24,000 bases of DNA, from contig BDTX01000009.1 in NCBI GenBank assembly GCA_002897615.1, positions 16,364 to 40,363 on the forward strand, in the 5' to 3' direction. The stretch's first letter is position 1. Every line of letters starts with the position of its first letter. The position numbers were made by a program, and so were the translations under genes. The DNA comes from a bacterium BMS3Bbin14. Lineage in GTDB: Bacteria; Desulfobacterota; Desulfobulbia; Desulfobulbales; Desulfobulbaceae. Below are positions 1-9,445 of the stretch, piece by piece. The notes beneath the pieces were generated by a model. It did no database searches. It was not told where the DNA came from and worked only from the letters and a program-made list of their open reading frames with translations.

Positions 1-446
1 GCATTGCCATTGGGGCCTTGCTGCCGGCGCCGGCAGACCCGGCGACCGTCTTCCCAGTCATCCCCCCAGGGATAGATCAGGCCCGCATACCCCCGGGCGC
101 AGTACTCCCATTCCGGTTCCGTGGGCAGCCGCAGGCCCGCCCAGCGGCAGTAGGCAACGGCATCATACCAGTTCACATCACGCACCGGGTAGCCGTCCGG
201 GTCTTTTTCCCAGCCTCTTCCCGCCTCGTGGGCGGTCTCCAGGACAAATCGCCGGAACTGGGCAACAGTGACGCAGGTGATCCCCATGTAAAACGGGGCC
301 ACGTAATGCAGATGCCCCGGCGTTTCACGATCCTCCGCCTCTTCGTCCCTGGCCACGGCCCCCATCCGGAACCAGCCGCCCGGCATGAGCACCAGCTCGC
401 TGCCGTCGGTTTGATTAACCAGATACCATGGAAGATGACCGGCCAT
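1..446 (-). CDS. Formylglycine-generating-enzyme (FGE/SUMF1-type) domain family protein, 5' part only (gene runs off the left edge)
   Basis: My own minus-strand translation from ATG 446 gives [134 protein letters not shown]... and stays open to base 1. The block [29 protein letters not shown] is the typical FGE-sulfatase domain signature. AGGAAG lies 5 nt upstream of the ATG. It is missing from the ORF track because it has no stop in the window. The listed + ORF 18..464 is its antisense shadow. Confidence 0.8.
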   Translation of the reverse strand, partial: MAGHLPWYLVNQTDGSELVLMPGGWFRMGAVARDEEAEDRETPGHLHYVAPFYMGITCVTVAQFRRFVLETAHEAGRGWEKDPDGYPVRDVNWYDAVAYCRWAGLRLPTEPEWEYCARGYAGLIYPWGDDWEDGRRVCRRRQQGPNGN

Positions 447-755
447 ACCTGCTTCCTTTCTTAACCGCTGCAAATCATGTAATACATAAGATAAGTAAGT
501 ACTCACTTTTCGGGGGGCGGGTCAATTACGAAAAAGATAAACATGGTCCCCCGGGACTCGTCAAAGTCCGTGCCTGAGTTTCCTGTTGACCGACAGGAAA
601 ATGCACGTTTTCCAAATAGCTCAATTATTATACAAGAAAAAATGTTACAATTCATTCTCACGGCCTGGTAAATTTTCCGGGCGGAGAGTACCGCTCATGC
701 GACCCATACCGCCCCAGGATAATAAAAAATCCACCAACTGAAACAGGAAAGAAAA

Positions 756-3245
756 ATGGCGCAACCGGATCATAAGCCGCAGAAAGACCCACTGGCAGTC
801 CTGCTTAATTCCAAGGACTGCGCGGGCATCAAGAAAACCATATTCAACCACTTGTTGAGTTTCCAGGGCCGGGACCCGGAACGGGCCGGCAAAGGTGATA
901 TCTACAAGGCCCTGGGTTATACCATCCGCGATTTCCTGGTGGAAAAATGGATCGGCACCCAGAAAAACTATTATGCCGGCAAGAAAAAGCGGGTTTATTA
1001 CCTGTCCATGGAATTTCTGATCGGCCGCTCCCTGGGCAACAGCTTGATCAACCTGGGTTGCCGGGACAAAGTTGAGCACGTCCTGAACGACATGGGCTAC
1101 GACCTGGACGAAATCCTGAATGAAGAGGAGGACGCGGCCCTGGGCAACGGCGGACTCGGCCGCCTGGCCGCCTGTTTCATGGACTCCATCGCCACCATGA
1201 ACATCCCTGCCTACGGCTACGGCATCAACTACGAATACGGCATGTTCAATCAGAAAATCATTAACGGTTACCAGGTTGAAAGCCCGGACAACTGGCTGCG
1301 CTTCGGCACGGTCTGGGAATTCGAGCGCCCGGTGCCGCTCCATCTCGTCAAATTTTACGGCCGGGTCACCACCTATCTTGATGAAAAGGGTCATTATCGC
1401 TGCCGCTGGGTCGATGCGGAAACCGTCATGGCGATTGCCTGCGATGTCCTGGTCCCCGGCTTTATGAACGATAATGTCATCAACATGCGGTTATGGCAGG
1501 CCAAGGCCTCGCGTGAGCTCGATCTCCGGTCCTTTGACCGGGGGGACTATATCGGGGCCGTGCATAACAAGGTGCGCTCCGAGACCATTTCCAAGCTGCT
1601 CTATCCTCCGGACCAGGCCAGCGCCGGCCGGGAACTCCGGTTGAAACAGCAGTATTTTTTTGTGGCCGCCACCTTCCAGGATATCTTCCGGCGCTTCAGA
1701 AAACATGATAAGGATCTCTCGCAATTCAGCCAACAGGTGGCCGTCCAGCTCAACGACACCCATCCGGCCATCGCCATTCCGGAACTGATGCGTCTCCTGC
1801 TCGATGAACATGGCCTGAGCTGGGCCAAGGCCTGGGATATCTGCATCAAGACCTTTGCCTACACGAATCACACGCTTATGCCCGAGGCCCTGGAGACCTG
1901 GACCGTGGACCTGCTGGGGCGGGTCCTGCCGCGGCACCTGGAGATTATATATGAAATCAATCAACGCTTTCTCGACCAGGTCCGGGCCCGGTATCCCGGC
2001 AATGACCAAAAAATACGAGACATGTCCATCATCTCCGAGGACTCCCCGAAACGGGCAAGAATGGCCTACCTGGCCATCATCGGCAGCCATTCGGTCAACG
2101 GGGTGGCCGCCCTGCACACGCGGCTGTTGAAAAGCAGGCTGTTTAAGGATTTCAATGAATTCTATCCCTCACGTTTCAACAACAAGACCAACGGCATCAC
2201 TCCCAGGCGCTGGCTGCTGAAATGCAACGGCGCCCTGAGCAGCATCATCAGCGCCAGAATAGGCCGGGAGTGGATCACCGATCTCGACCGCCTTCATGAA
2301 TTGAGCAAATTTGCCGATAATGCTTCCTTTCAGGAGGAATTCCGGGCAGTCAAGCGGGAGAACAAACTCCGGCTTGCCGATTGTATCCGCCAATTATGCG
2401 GGGTGGAAGTCGACCCGGAATCGATGTTCGATGTCCAGATCAAACGAATCCACGAGTACAAAAGGCAGCTGCTGAACATCCTCCATGTCATCGCCCTGTA
2501 TCACCGTATTGTCTCGGAACCGGAGGCCGCGGTTACTCCCAGAACGGTAATTTTCGCCGGCAAGGCGGCGCCGGGATACCAGAGGGCAAAATTAATCATC
2601 AAGCTGATTAACTCGGTGGCCGGGGTGATCAATAATGATCCGCGGGTTACGGGCCGGCTGAAGGTCGCCTTTATCCCCAACTACGGAGTTTCACTGGCGG
2701 AAATGATCATTCCGGGCGCCGATTTATCCGAGCAGATCTCCACGGCCGGCACCGAGGCCTCCGGCACCGGCAACATGAAATTCGCCCTCAACGGGGCCTT
2801 AACCATCGGCACCCTGGACGGGGCCAATATCGAGATACGGGAAGAGGTCGGCAAGGAGAACATCTTCATCTTCGGACTGACGGCCGAAGAGGCCGAATGG
2901 GAGCGGAAAACGCCGCGCCGGACACCGAGGAAGATCTATGAGCAGAACCCGGTCATTCGCCGGATTATCGACAGCATCGGCGACGGCTGCTTCAGCAACG
3001 GTGATACCGGGCTCTTCCGGCCCATAGTCGATGACCTGCTTGACCGGTACCATGACCCGTATCTCCATCTGCTCGACCTGGAGGATTACCTGCGCTGTCA
3101 GGAGGAGGTCGGCCGTGTCTTCCGGCAAAAAGAAAAATGGACGAGGATGGGTATCATGAATGTGGCCGGGATGGGCAAATTCTCCAGTGACCGCGCCATC
3201 ATGGAATATGCCCGGGATATATGGGGGATCGGGCAGACGAAGTAA
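756..3245 (+). CDS. glgP: Glycogen/alpha-glucan phosphorylase
   Basis: An 829-aa ORF with AGGA 7 nt upstream. It carries the PLP-site block EASGTGNMKFALNGALTIGTLDGANIEI and the N-terminal block LGNGGLGRLAACFMDS typical of the GT35 phosphorylase family. Confidence 0.95.
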   Translation: MAQPDHKPQKDPLAVLLNSKDCAGIKKTIFNHLLSFQGRDPERAGKGDIYKALGYTIRDFLVEKWIGTQKNYYAGKKKRVYYLSMEFLIGRSLGNSLINLGCRDKVEHVLNDMGYDLDEILNEEEDAALGNGGLGRLAACFMDSIATMNIPAYGYGINYEYGMFNQKIINGYQVESPDNWLRFGTVWEFERPVPLHLVKFYGRVTTYLDEKGHYRCRWVDAETVMAIACDVLVPGFMNDNVINMRLWQAKASRELDLRSFDRGDYIGAVHNKVRSETISKLLYPPDQASAGRELRLKQQYFFVAATFQDIFRRFRKHDKDLSQFSQQVAVQLNDTHPAIAIPELMRLLLDEHGLSWAKAWDICIKTFAYTNHTLMPEALETWTVDLLGRVLPRHLEIIYEINQRFLDQVRARYPGNDQKIRDMSIISEDSPKRARMAYLAIIGSHSVNGVAALHTRLLKSRLFKDFNEFYPSRFNNKTNGITPRRWLLKCNGALSSIISARIGREWITDLDRLHELSKFADNASFQEEFRAVKRENKLRLADCIRQLCGVEVDPESMFDVQIKRIHEYKRQLLNILHVIALYHRIVSEPEAAVTPRTVIFAGKAAPGYQRAKLIIKLINSVAGVINNDPRVTGRLKVAFIPNYGVSLAEMIIPGADLSEQISTAGTEASGTGNMKFALNGALTIGTLDGANIEIREEVGKENIFIFGLTAEEAEWERKTPRRTPRKIYEQNPVIRRIIDSIGDGCFSNGDTGLFRPIVDDLLDRYHDPYLHLLDLEDYLRCQEEVGRVFRQKEKWTRMGIMNVAGMGKFSSDRAIMEYARDIWGIGQTK

Positions 3246-3266
3246 CCCTGCCGCTGAACAGTTACG

Positions 3267-5798
3267 TTATTTCCTTGGCTTAACTCTGGATGTCGGGGTA
3301 GCCTGCCAGGGATCGTCCGGCCAGTAATGCTTGGGATAGCGGCCTTTCATTTCCTTTTTCACCTCATGGTAGGAGCCGTCCCAGAAACCGCGCAGGTCGG
3401 AGGTGACCTGGAGGGGCCGGCGGGCCGGCGACAGCAGGTGGAGGGTGACCGGCACCCTGCCGCGGCAGACCGTCGGGGTCGCCGCCAGGCCGAACATCTC
3501 CTGCAGCCGGACCGCCAATACCGGCGGTTCACCTGCCGCGTAGCGCAGTTTGATCCGCGAGCCGCTGGGGACCCGGATATGGGTCGGCGCATCCTGCTCA
3601 AGTTGCCGCTGCTGGTCCCAGTCCAACAGGCTGCGGAGAATTTTCGCCATATCGAGGGCGCGCAGCTGCTCCCTGGTCCGGATCCCGGTGAGAAAAGGCG
3701 CGAGCCACCGGGCAACTGAGTTGCGCAGACATTCATCGCTCAGGTCGGGCCACTTTGCCGCGGGCTGCCAGGCAAAAAGGCTTTTGACCCGCTCCTGCAG
3801 GGCGCGGGCCTCTTTGCTCCACGGCAAAACCTCCAGCCCGGCCCGGCGGATTCCGTCCAGGAAAGCGGCCTGCACCGCCTCGGGGTCGGGATGCGGCAAT
3901 GATCGTTCCGCAATGACCAGGTCGCCGAGCCTGGTCAGGCGGCGGGCCGCAACCGCCGCTGTTTTTTCATCCCATTTTATTTCATCCTCCTGCACCAGGC
4001 GCCCGGCAAACAGATCAAGGACGTCATCTTTATCAAGGACTGCGGCCAGGAAGATGCGCCCCTCCCGCTTACCGGCATCCAGGGCGGCGATAACCAGGTA
4101 GGGCGAGAACGATATCCGGTCGTGTTTCATCAGGCAGGCGCCGTGACCGGAAGCAAGCTTGTAGCGCCCGCCGGTGCCCGGCCGCTGCCGGGCGATACGG
4201 TCCGGAAAGGACAGGGCCAGCAAGACGCCGGGCCGGCACTCCCGGGAGTTTCGGGCGGATCGACCGGCCAGCAGGCCGCCGAGCTGCCGGCTGATCCGGT
4301 CGACACGGCGGCAACCACCGGCATCAGCCCCAAGGGCGCGGGCCGCGCCGGCCCCCTCTTCCCTAAATACCCGCAACAGATGGAGGCGGTCGGCAATATC
4401 CACCGAACGATCATAATCCTTCTGGATATCCCGTTCCGAAAGCAGCGCGGCCAGGTCGCAGGCCCGGGAGAGACAGCCAAGCCGCCTGCCGTTGAGGAGC
4501 ATATGGGCCAGCCGCGGATGCAGGGGCAGACCGGCCATGTCCCTGCCCCTTGAGGTAATCCGGCCGTTTTTGTCCAGGGCGCCCAGCCCTGTCAACACGG
4601 TACGAGCCGCGGCAAAAGCGCCCGGCGGCGGCGGATCAAGCCACTGCAGCCGCCCCGGGTCACCGTCGCCCCAGGCGGCCAGCTGCAGGGCAAGTCCGGT
4701 CAGGTCCGCTTCCAGGATTTCCGGCCGGTCAAAATCCTGCAGACCATATTCGACCCCCCCGCCCCACAACCGGTAACAGACCCCCGGCCCCAGGCGACCG
4801 GCCCGCCCTTGACGCTGAACGGCCGAAGCCCTCGAGATACGCACCGTTGCCAACCTGGTCAGGCCGCAGTTCGGGTCGAAACGCGGCACCCTCTTCCAAC
4901 CGCAGTCAACAACCGTACCGATTCCTTCGATGGTGATACTGGTTTCGGCAATGGTGGTGGCCAGGATCACCCGCCGTCTGCCCCGGGGATCGGGACGGAC
5001 CGCCCGGGACTGGTCGGCAAGGCTTAAGTCCCCGTACAGGGGCAGAAGGACAAAATCATCTTCAGCGGCAGAAGAGGCAAGCAGGGTCACGGCCCGGCGG
5101 ATTTCCCCGGCCCCGGGCAAAAAAGCAAGGATATCCCCCTGCTGTTCGACCAGGGCCCGCCTGACCCCGTTGGCGACGTTGATGGCTATGTGGTCCGCCC
5201 GGCCGCTGTCTGTCCGGGCCGGCGGTGGCAGATGCCGGACCTCGACCGGATACATTTTCCCCCGGCAGGTGACCACCGGCGCCCCGCCCAGGAGCCGGCC
5301 GACCGGCTCGGCAGCAATGGTGGCGGACATGACCAGCAGGCGCAAATCATCACGCAGGGCGGCCCGGGCCTCAAGGCAAAGGGCCAGGGCGACATCGCTC
5401 TCCAGGCTGCGTTCATGGAATTCGTCAAAAATAACCAGGCCCACGCCGGGCAATTCCGGGTCCTGTTGCAGCCGGCGGGTCAGAATCCCTTCGGTAATCA
5501 CCTCGACCCTGGTGCGGCTGGATATTTTGCGGTCAAAGCGGACCTGGTAACCCACGCTTTGCCCCACTTCCTCGCCAAGCTGCTCAGCCATGTAGACGGC
5601 GGCCAGGCGGGCGGCCAGACGGCGGGGCTCCACCAGGAGAATGGAGCGGCCGCCGAGCCAGGATTCGGTGCGCAGGGCCATGGGGACCAGCGTGGTCTTG
5701 CCGGAGCCGGGCGGAGCGCAGAGTACTCCACAACGCGATTCATGCAGGGCCTGACGGAGTTCCGGCAGGACGCCAAGAATGGGAAGGTCGATGTTCAC
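3267..5798 (-). CDS. hrpB: ATP-dependent RNA helicase HrpB (DEAH-box)
   Basis: An 843-aa ORF. Motifs: Walker A APPGSGKTT, motif II DEFHERS, SAT, and QRQGRAGR. It has the long HrpB-type C-terminal domain ending ...RYPKHYWPDDPW. It converges on glgP with a 21-nt gap. Confidence 0.93.
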   Translation of the reverse strand: MNIDLPILGVLPELRQALHESRCGVLCAPPGSGKTTLVPMALRTESWLGGRSILLVEPRRLAARLAAVYMAEQLGEEVGQSVGYQVRFDRKISSRTRVEVITEGILTRRLQQDPELPGVGLVIFDEFHERSLESDVALALCLEARAALRDDLRLLVMSATIAAEPVGRLLGGAPVVTCRGKMYPVEVRHLPPPARTDSGRADHIAINVANGVRRALVEQQGDILAFLPGAGEIRRAVTLLASSAAEDDFVLLPLYGDLSLADQSRAVRPDPRGRRRVILATTIAETSITIEGIGTVVDCGWKRVPRFDPNCGLTRLATVRISRASAVQRQGRAGRLGPGVCYRLWGGGVEYGLQDFDRPEILEADLTGLALQLAAWGDGDPGRLQWLDPPPPGAFAAARTVLTGLGALDKNGRITSRGRDMAGLPLHPRLAHMLLNGRRLGCLSRACDLAALLSERDIQKDYDRSVDIADRLHLLRVFREEGAGAARALGADAGGCRRVDRISRQLGGLLAGRSARNSRECRPGVLLALSFPDRIARQRPGTGGRYKLASGHGACLMKHDRISFSPYLVIAALDAGKREGRIFLAAVLDKDDVLDLFAGRLVQEDEIKWDEKTAAVAARRLTRLGDLVIAERSLPHPDPEAVQAAFLDGIRRAGLEVLPWSKEARALQERVKSLFAWQPAAKWPDLSDECLRNSVARWLAPFLTGIRTREQLRALDMAKILRSLLDWDQQRQLEQDAPTHIRVPSGSRIKLRYAAGEPPVLAVRLQEMFGLAATPTVCRGRVPVTLHLLSPARRPLQVTSDLRGFWDGSYHEVKKEMKGRYPKHYWPDDPWQATPTSRVKPRK

Positions 5799-5948
5799 CC
5801 GGCAAAATATATGTAAAGATTCAGGGACAAGCGAAAAACTCTCATAACCTCGGTCGGTAAAATGGTAAAAAACATATAAACATTAAACATGGAAAGAAGT
5901 AAAGGACACCAACTCCCGGCGAGTCGCGTTTGAGTTGCCCAATAATGA

Positions 5949-5977
5949 TTTACAAAAAATTAATTATATGCTATATA
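5949..5977 (+). promoter_or_regulatory. Candidate sigma70 promoter for prfC (TTTACA-N17-TATATA)
   Basis: TTTACA at 5949-5954, a 17-nt AT-rich spacer, and TATATA at 5972-5977. It sits in the AT-rich divergent hrpB/prfC intergenic region, about 110 nt upstream of ATG 6087. This is a sequence pattern only. Confidence 0.35.
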
Positions 5978-6086
5978 AAACAACTGGATAGATTTACAGA
6001 TCGGGGAATTCCAAAGGGGCAAAAATGCGGAGAAAATCCGTATCGTTGTCCCTTTGTTATTTTTTTGGCAAAAACAAAAAAAGCAA

Positions 6087-7673
6087 ATGAACGGACATAA
6101 CCGGAAACAAATTGAGAAGTGCCGAACATTCGGGATCATAAGCCATCCCGACGCCGGCAAAACAACCTTGACTGAAAAACTGTTGCTGTTCGGCGGCGCC
6201 ATCCAGATGGCCGGGGCGGTCAAGTCAAGAAAAGTGGAGCGCAAGGCGACCTCGGACTGGATGGATATCGAGCAGGAGCGCGGCATCTCCGTTACCACCT
6301 CGGTCATGAAGTTCAGCTACCGCGACTTTGAAATAAATCTGCTCGACACCCCGGGTCACCGGGACTTCTCTGAAGACACCTACCGCGTTCTTACCGCGGT
6401 CGACTCGGCCATCATGGTCATTGACAGCGCCAAGGGGGTAGAAGCCCAGACCGAAAGACTGATGGAAGTCTGCCGGATGCGCAACACCCCGATTATCACC
6501 TTCATCAACAAACTCGACCGGGACGGCCTGCCGCCGCTTGACGTCATTGCCGACATCGAAGAAAAACTGCAGATAGAATGCACCCCCTTTTCATGGCCCA
6601 TCGGCATGGGCAAAAATTTTAAAGGGGTCTATAATCTCTACCGGAAAGAACTCCAGCTCTTTACGGCCAGCCGGCAATCCCGTGAACGATCGGGGACCAC
6701 CATCAATGACCTGTCCGATCCCCGGCTCGACGAACTACTGGGCAGCCAGGCAGACGAACTCCGGGAAGACATCGAACTGCTGGAGGGCGCGGCCAATCCG
6801 TTTGAACCGGCCCAGTTTTTAAATGGCGGCCAGAGCCCGGTCTTCTTCGGCAGCGCGGTCAATAATTTCGGGGTCAAGGAGCTGCTTGACGCCTTTGTGG
6901 AAAATGCCCCCTGCCCCGGGCCGCGAGAAACCACGACCAGGGAAATCCTGCCCGACGAAGAACCATTTTCAGGCTTTGTCTTTAAGATTCAGGCCAATAT
7001 GAACCCGGCCCACCGGGACCGGATCGCCTTCCTGAGAATCTGCTCCGGCAAGTTCACCCGGGGCATGAAAGTTATCCATCACCGGGCAGGCAAGGAAATA
7101 ACCCTGGCCAATGCCACAATCTTCATGGCCCAGGGCCGGACCAATGTCGAGGAGGCCTATCCCGGCGACATTATCGGCATCCATAACCACGGCACCATTA
7201 AAATCGGCGACACCTTTTCCAGCAAGGAGCCGCTGAAGTTTACCGGCATCCCGAATTTCGCCCCGAAACTCTTTCGCCGGGTCATCCTGAAAAACCCGAT
7301 GAAATCAAAACAACTGCAAAACGGCCTGACCCAGCTTGCCGAAGAGGGGGCGGTCCAGGTCTTCCGGCCCCGTCTGGGCAGCGGTTACATTCTCGGGGCG
7401 GTCGGGGAACTGCAGTTCGAAGTCACCATGGCCCGCCTGAAAAACGAATACCGGGTTGACGCCATTTACGAGCCGGTAGAACTGGCCGATGCCCGCTGGA
7501 TCAACTGTGACGAGCGCAAGAAATTAGATCAATTCATCAGTAAAAACCAGGCGGGAATCTTCCTGGATGCCGAGGAATGCCTGACTTACCTCGCCCCGAG
7601 TCAGTGGCATATCGGTTACGTGATGGAGCAATGGCCGGAGATCACTTTTACCAAGATCAGGGAATACGTCTGA
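6087..7673 (+). CDS. prfC: Peptide chain release factor 3 (RF3, translational GTPase)
   Basis: G-domain motifs [14 protein letters not shown] and NKLD, with full-length RF3-like architecture. The track ORF starts at TTG 6054 inside a T/A run. I prefer ATG 6087 ([27 protein letters not shown]), which gives a normal RF3 N-terminus. Confidence 0.93.
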   Translation: MNGHNRKQIEKCRTFGIISHPDAGKTTLTEKLLLFGGAIQMAGAVKSRKVERKATSDWMDIEQERGISVTTSVMKFSYRDFEINLLDTPGHRDFSEDTYRVLTAVDSAIMVIDSAKGVEAQTERLMEVCRMRNTPIITFINKLDRDGLPPLDVIADIEEKLQIECTPFSWPIGMGKNFKGVYNLYRKELQLFTASRQSRERSGTTINDLSDPRLDELLGSQADELREDIELLEGAANPFEPAQFLNGGQSPVFFGSAVNNFGVKELLDAFVENAPCPGPRETTTREILPDEEPFSGFVFKIQANMNPAHRDRIAFLRICSGKFTRGMKVIHHRAGKEITLANATIFMAQGRTNVEEAYPGDIIGIHNHGTIKIGDTFSSKEPLKFTGIPNFAPKLFRRVILKNPMKSKQLQNGLTQLAEEGAVQVFRPRLGSGYILGAVGELQFEVTMARLKNEYRVDAIYEPVELADARWINCDERKKLDQFISKNQAGIFLDAEECLTYLAPSQWHIGYVMEQWPEITFTKIREYV

Positions 7674-7739
7674 TTGCCGGCGGGGTCATGCTCCGACCGG
7701 AGGTTCTTAAGCCGGGCACGATAGACGGGGCCGGGGGAG

Positions 7740-7781
7740 GTAAGGAATAGCGCAGAGTTTCACACCCTGTGGCCAGTTACC
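7740..7781 (+). repeat. 42-nt dispersed repeat, copy A (gtaaggaatagcgcagagtttcacaccctgtggccagttacc)
   Basis: It matches the reverse complement of 17634-17675 at 41/42 positions. It is flanked by the direct repeat ccgggggaggtaag (7731-7744 and 7780-7793). Confidence 0.9.
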
Positions 7782-7798
7782 GGGGGAGGTAAGAACAG

Positions 7799-7960
7799 AT
7801 GAAAAAACTTGTTATCTTCATAAGCATAACGCTCTTCAGCTCGATAGGCTGGTGGCTGGGGTACCGTATCGGCATGACGACGGGCTACCTGCTGAGTTTT
7901 GTCGGCAGCCTGGTCGGGGTGGTCGTCGGCTGCCGCTTCAACCGTGATTACCTGGACTGA
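7799..7960 (+). CDS. Small (53 aa) two-helix membrane protein, hypothetical
   Basis: It is below the ORF-track size cutoff. ATG 7799 has GGAGG 8 nt upstream. The product is MKKLVIFISITLFSSIGWWLGYRIGMTTGYLLSFVGSLVGVVVGCRFNRDYLD, which has two hydrophobic segments. The overlapping track ORF 7760..7984(-) has low-complexity antisense character. Confidence 0.55.
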   Translation: MKKLVIFISITLFSSIGWWLGYRIGMTTGYLLSFVGSLVGVVVGCRFNRDYLD

Positions 7961-8168
7961 CGCCAGGTAAAGATATCGCACCATCCCCCAACTCCATTTT
8001 CGCCGCCCGGCGGCGGGCTCTCCTCTTCTCGCCGCTGAGTTCGTGATATCCTACGGCCCGGCCTTTATGTCCTGGCACAAGGCCGGAAAAATCAAATTCG
8101 TATTTAATCGCTGCAAACTTTCAGATTCGACTTGCCAAACGGGAAATAATATTTTTAGCTCTTGAATT

Positions 8169-8810
8169 ATGCTGACCCAAGAAACACACAGCCGCCCGGG
8201 ACTCGACCGGCGGATGACCAAGACCGAAATCAATGACTGTCCCATAAAAAAATGGGCCGGGCCGGTTCATGTCATCCGCTCCGCCGAAAGAATGGTTGAG
8301 GCCGTTCAGCTGCTGGCCCGACAGAGTATCCTTGGTTTTGACACCGAAACCAGGCCGGTCTTCAGAAAAGGGCAAAGCCACCTGCCGGCGCTTCTGCAGC
8401 TGGCCGGCGAAAATGAAGTCTGTATTTTCCAGTTGAAACATCTCGGTCTGCCCGGCCCGTTGCGCAAGATCCTTGCCGATCCCAATATAATCAAGGCCGG
8501 AGTCGCCCTGGATTATGATATCAGCGAACTGCGAAAACTGGCGCCGTTCCAGGAAGCGGGCTTTGTTGATCTCGGCGAACTCGCCAAGCGGGTGGGCATT
8601 AAAAATCACGGCCTGCGCGGCCTCGCCGCGGTTCTGCTGGGTTTGCGCATCACCAAATCCGCCCAGAGATCAAACTGGGCCAAAGATACGTTAACGGCCG
8701 GCCAGATCACCTATGCCGCCACCGACGCCTGGATAGGCCGCGAATTATATCAAAAACTGGTAACTGTCCAGCTGCACTCCACCTTCGGGCGATCAGGCCG
8801 CCTCACATAG
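8169..8810 (+). CDS. DEDD-family 3'-5' exonuclease domain protein (RNase D / PolA-exo like)
   Basis: Exo motifs ILGFDTET (ExoI), KAGVALDYD (ExoII-like) and YAATDAW (ExoIII YxxxD). ATG 8214 (MTKTEINDCPIKKWAGPVHVI...) is an alternative start. The last ~16 codons (VTVQLHSTFGRSGRLT*) are encoded by copy 1 of the 127-bp tandem repeat. Confidence 0.8.
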   Translation: MLTQETHSRPGLDRRMTKTEINDCPIKKWAGPVHVIRSAERMVEAVQLLARQSILGFDTETRPVFRKGQSHLPALLQLAGENEVCIFQLKHLGLPGPLRKILADPNIIKAGVALDYDISELRKLAPFQEAGFVDLGELAKRVGIKNHGLRGLAAVLLGLRITKSAQRSNWAKDTLTAGQITYAATDAWIGRELYQKLVTVQLHSTFGRSGRLT

Positions 8811-9256
8811 TCATACTATGGATTCGTTGGCCTGCTTACCCGAATATGGAGCACATCTGAACAGTTACCAAGATTGTCAGTGCTTATTAACTGTCCAGCG
8901 GCACTCAACCGGCGGGCGATCAGGCCGCCTCACATAGTCATACTATGGATTCGTTGGCCTGCTTACCCGAATATGGAGCACATCTGAACAGTTACCAAGA
9001 TTGTCAGTGCTTATTAACTGTCCAGCGGCACTCAACCGGCGGGCGATCAGGCCGCCTCACATAGTCATACTATGGATTCGTTGGCCTGCTTACCCGAATA
9101 TGGAGCACATCTGAACAGTTACCAAGATTGTCAGTGCTTATTAACTGTCCAGCGGCACTCAACCGGCGGGCGATCAGGCCGCCTCACATAGTCATACTAT
9201 GGATTCGTTGGCCTGCTTACCCGAATATGGAGCACATCTGAACAGTTACCAAAATT
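8761..9256. repeat. Tandem array, 127-bp unit x ~3.9
   Basis: Unit starts (taactgtccag...) are at 8761, 8888, 9015 and 9142, an exact 127-bp period. Copies 2-4 are identical by eye. Copy 1 has 4 substitutions in its first 30 nt, the part that lies inside the exonuclease CDS. Copy 4 decays after ...cagttaccaa (~9252). Each unit contains the hairpins catagt-cat-actatg and caggcc...ggcctg, and the inverted pair ctgaacagtta / taactgtccag. Confidence 0.95.
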
Positions 9257-9368
9257 ACTGAAAACCAAGAACGAGAGCGGCTCGGCTGGTTCGTTGCACC
9301 CGGGATTCGCGGGCCGGCCGGAACGACAACAAAGTAACGTTACATCGACTTGATATTATTTTTTTTGG

Positions 9369-9445
9369 GCGCTCGTAGCTCAGCTGGATAGAGCATCGGA
9401 CTTCGAATCCGAGGGCCGGGGGTTCGAATCCCTCCGGGCGCACCA
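9369..9445 (+). tRNA. tRNA-Arg (anticodon TCG)
   Basis: Manual cloverleaf: acceptor GCGCTCG / CGGGCGC (one G-T pair), D arm GCTC-AGCTGGATA-GAGC, anticodon arm TCGGA-CTTCGAA-TCCGA (anticodon TCG), variable loop GGGCC, T arm GGGGG-TTCGAAT-CCCTC, discriminator A, and an encoded CCA. Confidence 0.95.

Noticed and set aside
18-464. Track ORF 18..464 (+), 148 aa
   Set aside because: It is Pro/Arg/Gly-rich and low-complexity. The opposite strand encodes a clean FGE-family N-terminus with an SD, so this is an antisense shadow ORF.
579-600. Perfect 8-bp inverted repeat tttcctgt-N6-acaggaaa in the FGE/glgP divergent spacer as an operator
   Set aside because: It is a real dyad, but a single occurrence with no adjacent recognisable promoter or regulator gene. 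That is too little to make a call.
6013-6086. Attenuator or terminator in the prfC leader, and the TTG 6054 start
   Set aside because: The hairpins (aaaggg/cccttt enclosing gcgga/tccgt) are weak and not adjacent to the T-run. The TTG-initiated extension ([11 protein letters not shown]) is translated T/A-rich leader. ATG 6087 is preferred.
7760-7984. Track ORF 7760..7984 (-), 74 aa
   Set aside because: It has no SD. The + strand has an SD-preceded 53-codon ORF encoding a plausible two-helix membrane peptide in the same interval.
8761-9256. Possible CRISPR array
   Set aside because: The whole 127-bp unit repeats with no unique spacers. The period is far longer than a repeat-plus-spacer unit, and there are no cas genes in the window. 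It is a plain tandem repeat.
8818-9261. Tandem 39-aa Cys-containing ORFs as RiPP-like precursor genes
   Set aside because: No SD precedes any of the ATGs. No modification, protease or export genes are nearby. The ORFs are a by-product of the repeat carrying the exonuclease stop codon. They are kept only as a note within the repeat findings.
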